A stretch of DNA of 64,000 nt. Origin: Mobula hypostoma (Eukaryota). The position numbers and the translations under genes are program-made. The stretch covers positions 199,518,001-199,582,000 of the forward strand of contig NC_086097.1 of the NCBI RefSeq assembly GCF_963921235.1, read 5' to 3'. The notes under the pieces were generated by a model. That model had not been told where the DNA came from. It saw only the letters and a list, made by a program, of their open reading frames with translations, and did not search any database. Shown here one piece after another: positions 11,607 through 21,577 of this stretch (positions are counted from its first letter, which is position 1; the number at the start of each line of letters is the position of its first letter).

Positions 11607-11879
11607 CTTTCTGGCACACACGAACCAGCTCACAACAGCGCGCGCAGGCAGAGGGCCGGCCCCAAAAAGGGCGCCAGGCCATCTTCACCAGTAGAGGGAA
11701 AATCCCACGCGCGGAAAGGGTCTGGGAATATGCATTCCCCACAGCAGTAATGCCCGGGGAGGGCGGGAACGGGAAGGCTTTAAAGCAGGCCGCGAAGTTT
11801 GAATAAATCTCTTTCATCGCGACTCCAACTCACCGACTACATGTGGTTATTCTAGCGCTGTGTGTAGCACACTGCTACA
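11606..11879 (+). repeat. 3' LTR, lacking its first ~11 nt
   Basis: Matches the 5' LTR from actttctggcac to gctaca and contains AATAAA near 11802. It is fused directly to integrase-coding sequence. Confidence 0.9.
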
Positions 11880-12549
11880 AGACAATAATAGAGAAAGGTC
11901 AGAAATCCTAAATAATAATTTTGTGGTGCATTTCAACAGGAGACTCGTTAGATCAACTTGACATCAGAAGATGAGATATTAAATTATATAACCACATTCA
12001 AAAATAGGAAAAACAAGAAAATATTAAATAAATTAATCAAGCTATTAAAATTCATGTGGTAAGCACATTCATAGATACGTTGCTTCCAGGCTTTGTCAGA
12101 GAAAATCTCTGAAAGAAGAAAGCAGAGGCACTGCTATACTAATTTAATAATTTGAATGAATAGGTACAAGGCCAGAGGACAAGTGATAGTTAAGAAAGGA
12201 GATAGGAAATGTCCAGGGAGATATTGATACTTTAATTTAATATCAGTGGTTGATAAAAATGAAAAATCTAAGGATTGATAATATTAATAAATAGTTTGCA
12301 TTCCAAATCTTGTTAGACTAACATCTATAAATTCTTTCAAGTAAAATTAAGAATACAAAAGCAAAAAGTTGAAGATTTTTTTCTGGAAACCAAAGCAAAA
12401 ACAGATAATGCTGGAAAAGCTCAACAGGTCATACAGCATCTATGAAGAAATAATATTTCTGGTTGATGGTCTTTCATCCACACTGGGAGCACAGAGAATG
12501 GAAACTATTCAGAATAAAACAATGTCACAGGTATTCATCCTTGAAGGAT

Positions 12550-12800
12550 AGTAGGGTGGCATGATAGCCCAGTACAGTACAGGCAACCCGAGTTCAATTC
12601 CTGCCTTGTCTGTAAGGAGTTTGAATGTTCTTCCCACGACCACATGGGTTTTCTCTGACTGGTCTGATTTCCTGTATCAGTTGCTAGTTTAATGGGTACT
12701 ATAAATTGTCCCATGATTAGGAGAGGATTAAGTTGGAGGATTGCTATGCAGCATGGCTTGAAGGGCTGCGAAGGCCTATTCTGCACTGTCTCTCAACAAA
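12550..12800 (+). mobile_element. V-SINE (HE1-like), degenerate
   Basis: B-box-like cccgagttcaattcc, then gtaaggagtttgaatgttcttcccacgaccacatgggtttt, then a CR1-like tail gaaggcctattctgcactg. Confidence 0.7.
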
Positions 12801-13039
12801 AAGTAGTTTATAATTTATCAGCAATTTATTCTTAGAAATCAGAAGCACTATTACTTTAACAGATGTCTCCAATTTGGGGAAAGAGCCTGGATGCTTGTCA
12901 AACTGGATCTATAGGGAAATGTATCTAAAATGGTTGCCTCATTTCTCTTCCCCAGATACTGCTGAATCTGTTTGGTGTTTTCAGTATCTTCTGTTTTTAT
13001 TTTAGACCTCTGGTCTTTGGATTCAGAACTGGCTTGCCT

Positions 13040-13925
13040 ATAGAGGACAGAGGGTAGTGGTTGACGTATATAAATGATCTGGATGAAAATATAAAGGGGT
13101 GGGTTAGTAAGTTTGCAGATGATACAAAGATTGGTGGTGTTTTACAGATATAAGCAGAGAAACGGCAGATGGAGTTTAACCCGGCCAAATGTGAAGTATT
13201 GCTCCTTGGTAGGTCAAATGTAAAGTGACAGGACGCTGTTAAGGGCAAGATCCTTAGCAGTGGGATCTTGGAGACCACATTCATAGCTCCCTGAAAGTGG
13301 CTACACCGGTTGATAGGGTGGTTCAGGAGGAGCATAGCATGCTTGCTTTATTAGTTGTAGGCACTGAGATCTAAAGTCAGGAAGTTATGTTGCAGCTTTA
13401 TAAAACTCTAATTACCCAGAGTTCTGGTCACCCAGAATTAGGAAGGATGTCAAGGTTTTGGAGAGGGTGCCGAAAAAGTTTACTGGGAGGCTGCCTGAAT
13501 AGGAGGGCATGCGCTGTAACAAGAGGTTGTTTTCTCTGGAGAAGCTGAGGGCAGATCTGATAAAGATTTACAAGATTATGAGAGGCATAGACAGAGTAGA
13601 CAGACAGAAACTTTTCACAGAGTTGAAATGTCTAATAACAGACAGCATGTATTTAAGGTGAGAGGGTGTGTTTCAAAAGGGATGTGAGGACAAAGTTTTT
13701 TTACACAGAGAGTGGTGGGTGCCTGGAATGTACTTCCTGGGATGGCAGATAGATTAGAGACGTTTAGATTGGCACATTAATGTGAGCGAAATGGGAAGAT
13801 ATGGACATTGTGCAGGCATAAGGGATTAGTTTAGTTGGGCATTTGATCACTAATTTATTTGGTTCAACACAACATTGTCAGCCGAAGGGCCTGTTTCTGT
13901 GCTGCGCTGATCTATGTTCTATGAT
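13040..13925 (+). mobile_element. 5'-truncated, decayed CR1 LINE
   Basis: YINDLDENIKGWVSKFADDTKIGG at about 13065-13140, a TQRVVGAWN-like end, and the 3' tail tctatgttctatg. Confidence 0.85.
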
Positions 13926-14364
13926 CTAACCTGTCTATTCAGGCAATAATCTGTGGGCATGAATTGTGAATCCATAATAACCTAACTAAACATGTTTTTG
14001 TTGAATGGCACAGTTCTTTCCGGAGCTTTAACTATCTCTTCAATGTGACTGACTTGTGACGTACTTCGTATTTATAAAGTAACAGTTTAATTTTGCTTCA
14101 ATGCATGATTAAAGTTCACATTCAATCATATCAGTGTGCTTCATTGGAGCAATCTCAGCATGATATAAGGATGGAATTTATGTTTCTGGTTTAACCTTTA
14201 TTAACCTAATTGCCTCAACAATTAAAGTTATCACTAATCTTCAATCTCAATACAAAATGTAAAAGTATTATTTGTACAATTGCAACTTCTTAGAAAGTAA
14301 TATGAACAGCATTTTTCAGAGGATGATGTATATAGCACAATTAAATAACAGATTCTTTTGAGTA

Positions 14365-14562
14365 ACACACACAAAATGCTGGAGGAGCTCAGCAGGCCAG
14401 GCAGCATCTATGGAAAAGAGGATGTCGATGTTTCAGGCCAAGACCCTGGACCGAAACGTCAACTATAGTCTTTTCCAAAGATGCTGCCTGGCCTGCTGTG
14501 TTCCTCCAGCGATTTGTGTGCGTTGCTTAGATTTCCAGCACCTGTAGATTTTTTCTTGTTTG
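14365..14562. mobile_element. Palindromic Penelope-terminus element (MITE-like)
   Basis: The left arm cacacaaaatgctggaggagctcagcaggccaggcagcatctatggaaaaga is inverted as tcttttccaaagatgctgcctggcctgctgtgttcctccagcgatttgtgtg. Confidence 0.85.
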
Positions 14563-14999
14563 AATTTTTTTTGAGGTTCAATGACATTTAAAAGATATAA
14601 CTTACTCCATCTTATTCCAACATTGGTGCTAGTTGGTATTTTTTTCCTGGTACTTCAGTCGATCCAGACAAGGACTGAAATATTCCAGCACATTGAGAAA
14701 ACAGACAAGAAAAGTGAAGGACAGAGAGCTGGAAAGTTTGTGTGAGGAAATGCATAAGAGTTCCTTCAAGAACATGTAAAAGATGTGAAAATGAATATTT
14801 TATATATAGAACCAAATACTTAGTATGAACATGATTTTAAAAAGAGCAAGTTTAATTGACTGGCCTGATATGAAATATAATAAACAATGAGACAGAACTA
14901 AATTGTTATTTGCAAGTATTGCCGAAATAATATTGTAATGTGCTGTAAAATGTTTTCATGTTTCAGGTCTTCTGTGGTATTCAGGTGATGTAGAATATA

Positions 15000-15066
15000 C
15001 AGTACTGTGCAAAATTCTTAGGCACATAAATATAATTAGGGTGCCTAAGACTTCTGCACAGTACTG
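15000..15066. mobile_element. 67-bp Tc1/mariner miniature element
   Basis: 26-bp TIRs CAGTACTGTGCAAAATTCTTAGGCAC / GTGCCTAAGACTTCTGCACAGTACTG (2 mismatches) around a 15-nt spacer; TA on the left, TG on the right. Confidence 0.85.
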
Positions 15067-16539
15067 TGTAGCATGTGTTTCTTTTTAATTAGAAGCTGAT
15101 CTTCAGTCTATTGATGTCTCAGAGTTGTGGAAGTTGTGGAATTAAGATTCATTCTAAACTCTTGAAGGTATAAACCACCCTAACACCTCAGTGTTAAAGA
15201 ATTCTTCACTAAAAGCTGTTATATCAAGATCTCACCTTACAGCTCAAAGTTGATGGAAAAATGTCTTAACATAATGCAAAGAACATTTTGAGAGTCCAAT
15301 ATTTATCTCACAGCTTCCAGATAGATAATGTCATTTATCCTGTTGTTGGTTCTGTGCAAATGCCTTCACTTTAACTGACTTTCAAATAATGGGTACACAT
15401 CAATGAACTTAGTAAAATCTTTATGATGAGGAAGCATCATGACATCATTGCAACGTCTTTGCTCTTTGGTTTCACATGTACAGTATTCGGTCTATCTTGC
15501 AAATTACTTTAGAGAGTTCTTGTAAAATGTAAAACATAATCATAACAATATTTGCTAAGCTCAACTCATAGATAAAACAGGAAGTGGAGATAGTCAATTT
15601 GGCAAAGACAGACTCTTAAAAAACTTGTTAAGTTTGTTATATAATATGATTTTCTTGCTTTTGCAGTGGGAGCTGTCATTCACATATGTTTTTGAAATAT
15701 TTTGTGAGGAGATATTAATAATCATACCAATTGATGTAGATTTTACTTGATATATTGTCTTATAACTATTATCTGCACTTGGAAAAGGAGCTCATTATAA
15801 ATAAACACTCTGGAGTATTGCACAAAAGTGCTGCCAAAACATAAAGTCCACGAATTTGCACTAAAAGGTTCCTCTGCTGAGAAGGTGTAGTGCTGAGGGA
15901 GTGCTGAACAGAGTGAATGTTGCACCGAGAACACACTACTGAGACAGAACTGCTCTCAGGCCATGGTGAACTGAGTGAGTTTTCTGTATAGGATGTGCAG
16001 CACAAACAGAGTATGAGGAAGTTCCAGGCAGGCGGAGTGCATACTAGGAGAGCAGCACCATTTGAGTTGCGTACAATTCCTAGTTTTACCTTGTTAAAGG
16101 AGTGCTTTGGGGAGAGTGTCTTTTGTTGGGGAAGGAATATGCTGAGAGAATAAAGGTTGAAATATTGCTGAACTAGGTGATTTACTGTGCTGAGGGAGGG
16201 TTGCTTTAAGAAAGGGCTACACTGAGTAGTTGTGCTTAAGAAGGGTTGCATGGGGGTGGGGGGGGGGGAGGAACTGTGCTGAGGAGGAGTTGCATCCAAG
16301 TAGGACAATACTGAATAACTGCAGTGTCGGAGTGCTACCTGGAGGTAATGCTGTGTTTTGGAAGAGCAGAACTGAGGGTGGACTGCATAGAAAGTGTTCC
16401 AGCAAAGCAGAGGTTAGTGAGGTGGACTCAATACCTTAAGGCTCAAAAGCAGCTTTAGCCTTGTCATGTAAATGGTTTGCTTTATGATGGATTGGGATCA
16501 TTCGATGACGTGGCAAGGATGAAAAATAAGTTAGAAATA

Positions 16540-16710
16540 TGAAGCAACTAACAATGTCCTCCTGGAAAAACTCAGTGGGTCATTCATCATCTATGTGAGG
16601 AAAGTAATTTTCAACATTTCAGGTTGAAACCTTGCATCAGGACTCCACTGAGCTCCTCTGGAACATGGTTTGTTGTTCCAGCTTCCAGCATCTGCTGTCT
16701 CTTGTGTCTC
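16540..16710. mobile_element. Degenerate palindromic Penelope-terminus element
   Basis: ctggaaaaactcagtggg...catttcaggttgaaaccttgcatcaggact...ctgagctcctctgg...ttccagcatctgc. Confidence 0.6.
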
Positions 16711-19242
16711 TGCATGAGAAATATGTTTGTGGGTTGAGGATCACAGTTGCAACTGAGTAAAGAAAGCTCAAGGAAAAACAATCAATGATAGGATATTATT
16801 TACCCAAAAACACCTACCTGTATCCAGTTCCCAGCACTGACTTCTGTAGGCCGAGATCTGCTCAAGTAGGTTTCTTTTAAATCTGTCTGAAATCAGCCTC
16901 ACTCATCATACATATTCACAAATGAGGTTCAAAGTTGCAGTATCCAGTCATCAAAATCTACCGTTCACCACGATCAATACCAGGGTCTCATCAGTTCATC
17001 ATCTACAGTACAGAAAATAACATTGTAATTGTTGAGCTAAAAAATAATTCTAATATAAGATATAATGATTAATTTTCTGCAGAAATTCCCTCATTTGATG
17101 CACATAAAGATTTTGATAAAGGATGAAATTCCTAATTTGTTTCCAAGAAATGCAGAATCTAATTGGAACTAATATGACAACCAAATGGGGAAAAAATGAG
17201 TTTACTAGAAGAGAACTCTCTGGTAATAAAACCAAATTAAAACCTAACCAAAATAATATACTAGGCAATGTCTTTGTCAAATTCATGAGGTCATTATAAT
17301 GAATCTGTACAACAGTTTCCTACCTAACTACTGTACCTTAGAATGAATAATAAGCTGTTTTTAGACAGGTTTATTTGCTATATTAAAATAGTTGACAAAG
17401 AAATATAAAAATATGTTAAGACATGTGAACTAAAACTAATACTAAGTTGGAGCCTGTTATCATACAATTAAATAAATAGATGATGATGATATCCATAAAG
17501 AGCTCAGAGAGTTGGCTCCAAGGGCAGACAATAATATAGAAAAGTCTGAATTCTTTTGCACTCCCTTCTCTCAACTGATCTACCTAAATTGTAAACATCT
17601 ATTCACTGATGAGCTATTAGATAAGTGATTGCATTCATCTGTTCCAGAAGGGACACATTTGAACAGAAACTGAAAGCTCAGACAGAGATTGTGAAGCTCA
17701 ATTAACCAGAACTCCTGCACATTTTCATGACTGCAGTGTTTAGTCAGCGATTACACCTCTTTTTATTGGCTAACTTGATAGTGCAAGAATGAACCTCTTG
17801 TTTACTCCCTCTCCTATCCCCAGCCTCCCTCAATATCATCATTAACCTTCCCTTTTTTAGCTTTAGATAACCAAGATGGGCAACCTGGCTAAGCAATGCG
17901 AGAACAGGAAGAAAACATATTGTCTTTCAGTCTGAACCCATGCCCACCAATTCATGTATTGACACTGCATCTAATTAAGTAGATAACACAGAGGTAGCAC
18001 TTGCATGTGGTGAGACCCCAGGCATGAGTGGCCTACAGCCAAGGCATAGGAAATCATAGCACATTTGCCACCTCACCAGAAGGTGAGACTGACGGCACAT
18101 AAGTTCTGCTTCAGAGGATCCAAATGAGCACTTCAATAAAGCAGGCTACTGAAGAATCCAGTGATATGCTTGATGCATTGAGCAGCCTGTATTCATTTTT
18201 AATCAGTCCAACGTCAACCTGATACAAGATTTAACACAAATAAAATAGTACGGTACAGGAACAAGCCCTTCAGCCCACAATGTTTGTAATCTTGAATCTC
18301 ACCCTTTTCAGCAATAAAATGGGAATTGAGCCCATTGGACAGATGTGGAGCAAACTACACTGACAGTCAAAACTGCAGTTTCCATTGCAACTTACAATGT
18401 CTGTGTGCAGAATTTTCCATCATCCAAGGTCAGCATGGTTCTATGCATTAGTGACTGAAGAATCATGGCTGCAGACTGCTTTAGGCAAAGGTTATTGGTA
18501 ATGTGCCCTACAAATGTATGTATTCTAATACCCTCACCTTGTGGCCTCTGTATTGTTGGACACTAATCAACAACTTCAATGGAATTGCTGCTGTACAAAT
18601 ACCCTGAGCCTCACAAGCTGCAATTTCACAGCATCTGAACCTTATAAACTTAGAACAGCTGTTGGATAACTGAACTTTAGCCTAAAATGAATTATTTTCT
18701 TCATCCTGCCTACCTCAATTTATATGCAATAATAGTAGGAATAGAGTCCTAGCTTGTGAAATAAATTTTACACTTCACTAATCACCTGCTATGCAGTGGA
18801 GCACAGAGTGTTCCACATTATGGTTTTATTACAATTCACTGTCTGCAATGTGACAGTGAAAAACGGGCTAAGCCAGATGGCACTGGTGTTAATAACTGTT
18901 GGTAGATGCCAACATGCGTATGTCTGCCGGTATCTAATAGTTCACTTTAGTGTCAGTCAGTGGGTTTGGAACTATGCCAAATCTAGTGCAATTCGGGCTT
19001 AATTCAATCACCATCATTAATGGAGCTTAGAATAATACAGCATTCCAATTGAACGTTATTTGTTTACTTGTGCTCCATGCTTGACAATAAAATTGCATAA
19101 AAGAACAATTAGTTAAGCAGTTTTAGTGAAGAATTTGAAATTTTAAATTCACTTTACTATGCTTGGGTCATTTTATGGTGAAGCTGAAATCAAAGCTGTT
19201 TACTACATACTGATTTTTCACTACAAAATCCTTACACGTGAC

Positions 19243-19520
19243 TGAAGGTCCCTCTAATTTGTAATGACCAGTGTGTGCAAAAATCTTGTGCTGTGCAATT
19301 TTTTGCCCAATGGCAAAAACATGTGCGTGCTAAATAATTTCTTCAATAAAAACTGTATAAGTAAGCCAGTTCTAAAATCAACAGACAAATCATTGCAACC
19401 TCCACATTGTCAACACTGTGATCGTGAAATTTACTTAACGTGACAACGAGGTGGAGTGTGACAACTTTTTGTGCGCAGTTTAAATTCCTTTGTGCACTAG
19501 TAGCAAAAGATGTGCTTATC
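19243..19520. mobile_element. Possible DNA-transposon (hAT-type MITE) relic
   Basis: Starts gtccctctaatttgtaatgaccagtgtgtgcaaaa with repeated tgtgc motifs; the second TIR was not found. Confidence 0.3.
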
Positions 19521-20639
19521 ATATATAAAGTATCTTAATCATATAAAAAGTATTCTGGAAATCAGTATAACTGAATGTAACTATGATTATTTTCCAATCT
19601 AAGACGGAACGAGAAGTTAGAGAAATTAGATTTTTAAGAAATACTAATGGCTGAAAGCTAAGGATCAAATTAAAAATAATACGCCAAATGATTACTTGTT
19701 CTAGGAAAAGAAATGAGCCATATACCTGCCTTAACTACCATTACTGAAGATATGGATGTTCTAACTATACTAAAATTGCTCGGTTAGATAAATCTTCTAC
19801 GATGGTTATCATTTATTTCCTATTACCTCTGCAGCAACTGAATCTACCAAAGTTCTTACCCCACCCTTCAGATATGATGTTCTGTGAGATGATGTCCGGT
19901 GGTGTTTTGTAGAGTGTTGTATGATGAGCGTGTTAACCCATGCATCCAGTGTGGAATATACACACACATCAGCAAATTGACATAAAAGCCAAAAATCCTG
20001 GACAGCACTCAATAGGTCAGGCAGGATCAATGGAAAGAGAAACAAAATTAGCATGTCAGGTTGATGACTCTTTTTTGGAAGGAAACAAGTACATACATGC
20101 CTCATGTCCTAGGCATATTATAAGGTACCAATTGCAATTATCGGTTGATTTGACATTGTGTGTAAAGAAAATATATCTCTCAGTCTGCTTGTCTGATCTC
20201 GAATATTCCGAATATTTCTAATATTTCTTATCTCAAGGATAGCAGAAAGCCAATGTTAGTGTCTAATCTAATCTCAGTGATAAGTACAGGTATGCATTGG
20301 TTCACAATATGGCAGTCATGGTATAGAATTCACAGCATGTTATTTATTTATTTTATTTTTTTTTCGGTCGAAGCAAGCAGCTAGAAGAAGAGTGGAAGAA
20401 ATCGGGTAGAAAAAGTCGGTTTTTTTTTAAACACTGCTTGGGGAGAAGGGTCTGCACTGCGCAGGCGCGTGACGTAGTGCGCCAAGGTTTAAAAGCAGAC
20501 CACCATATACAGCGGCCATCATCGGAGTGGACTGAGTCAGAGTGGGACGGCTTTGGCTCAAACAGGCTTCAGCGAGAACCGGCAGAGGCCAGGGTAGGTT
20601 CTGGTAAGTTTTTTGTTCAGATTGTTTAGTGCAGTGAGA

Positions 20640-21575
20640 ATGCCAGGCAGGATGTTGGAATGCTCCTCTTGCAGGATGTGGGAAGTCAGGGAGCCCTCCG
20701 GTGTCCCTGACAATGACACCTGCAAGAAGTGCATCCAGCTGCAGCTCCTAACAAACCGCAGTAGGTAACTGGAGCAGGAGCTGGATGACCTGCGGATCAT
20801 TCAGGAAAATGAGGAGATTATAGATAGTAGCTACAGGGAGGTACTTACGCCACAGGAGCAGAGGACAGGAAATTGGGTTACTGTCAGGCGAGGGAAGAGG
20901 AAAGGGCAGGCAAAGCAGGGTTCCCCTGTGGCCATTCCCCTCAACAACAAGTATACCGCATTGGATACTGTTGGGGGGGATGACTTACCTGGGACAAGCT
21001 GCAGTAGCCGGATCTCTGGCACTGAGTCTGGCTCTGCAGTGCAGAAGGGAGGGTGGAAAAAGAGGAGAGCGGTAGTGATAGGGGACTCGATAGTTAGAGG
21101 TGCAGATAGGAGGTTCTGTGGTCGTGACAGAGAATCCAGGATGGTTTGTTGCCTCCCAGGTGCCAGAGTCAAGGATGTCTCTGATCGCTTGCATGACATT
21201 CTGAAGTGGGAGGGTGACCAGCCAGATGTCGTGGTGCACATCGGTACCAATGACATAGCAAGCAAGAATGAGGAGGTCCTGGAGAGTGAGTATAGGGAGC
21301 TTGGTAGGAAGTTGATAAGCAGGACCTCAAGGGTTGTAATCTCAGGATTGCTACCTGTGCTAGGTGCCAGTGAGGGTAGGAATAGGATGCTCTGGAGGAG
21401 GAACAAGTGGCTGAGGAATTGGTGTAGGCAGCAGGGTTTCAGATTTCAGGATCATTGGGACCTCTTCTGGGGCAGGTGGGACCTGTACAAGAGAGACGGG
21501 TTACACTTGAACTACAGGGGGACCAATATTCTTTCAGGGAGGTTTGTTAGTGCTATCGGGGAGGCTTTAAACTAG
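20640..21575 (+). pseudogene. CR1 ORF1: CxxC..CxxC zinc finger, coiled coil, SGNH/GDSL esterase
   Basis: ATG at 20640: MPGRMLECSSCRMW...CKKC...LEQELDDL, then VIGDSIV, LPGARV, HIGTND and DGLHLN. One in-frame TAA at 20766. Confidence 0.9.
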
Positions 21576-21577
21576 AT

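Larger units (their letters stand above)
7634..11879 (+). mobile_element. Ty3/Gypsy LTR retrotransposon, CsRn1-like, near full length and defective
   Basis: Two LTRs, a PBS, gag with a CHCC finger, and pol in the order PR-RT-RNaseH-IN. GC and CpG content are much higher than in the flanks. Confidence 0.95.
7440..12350 (+). mobile_element. Very old AT-rich CR1 ORF2 remnant (7440-7633 and 11880-12350) flanking the Gypsy provirus
   Basis: The flanks loosely resemble consecutive CR1 ORF2 segments (gaaaataaaacaaaataattttttcttcagg on the left; cagaaatcctaaataataattttgtggtgcatttc on the right). No open frame. Confidence 0.35.

Noticed and set aside
16970..17002. CTGATGA on the minus strand suggesting another hammerhead or a C/D-box snoRNA
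   Set aside because: No properly placed GAAA and stems, and no terminal stem with a matched box pair.
18868..18885. CTCF-like motif gccagatggcac in repeat-poor sequence
   Set aside because: Only a partial match to the consensus, expected by chance in 64 kb; cannot be supported without conservation or ChIP data.
20831..21406. Long antisense ORFs (also 8097-8564, 9887-10300, 58793-59419, 60218-60622)
   Set aside because: They are shadow frames opposite transposon ORFs with no independent motif.
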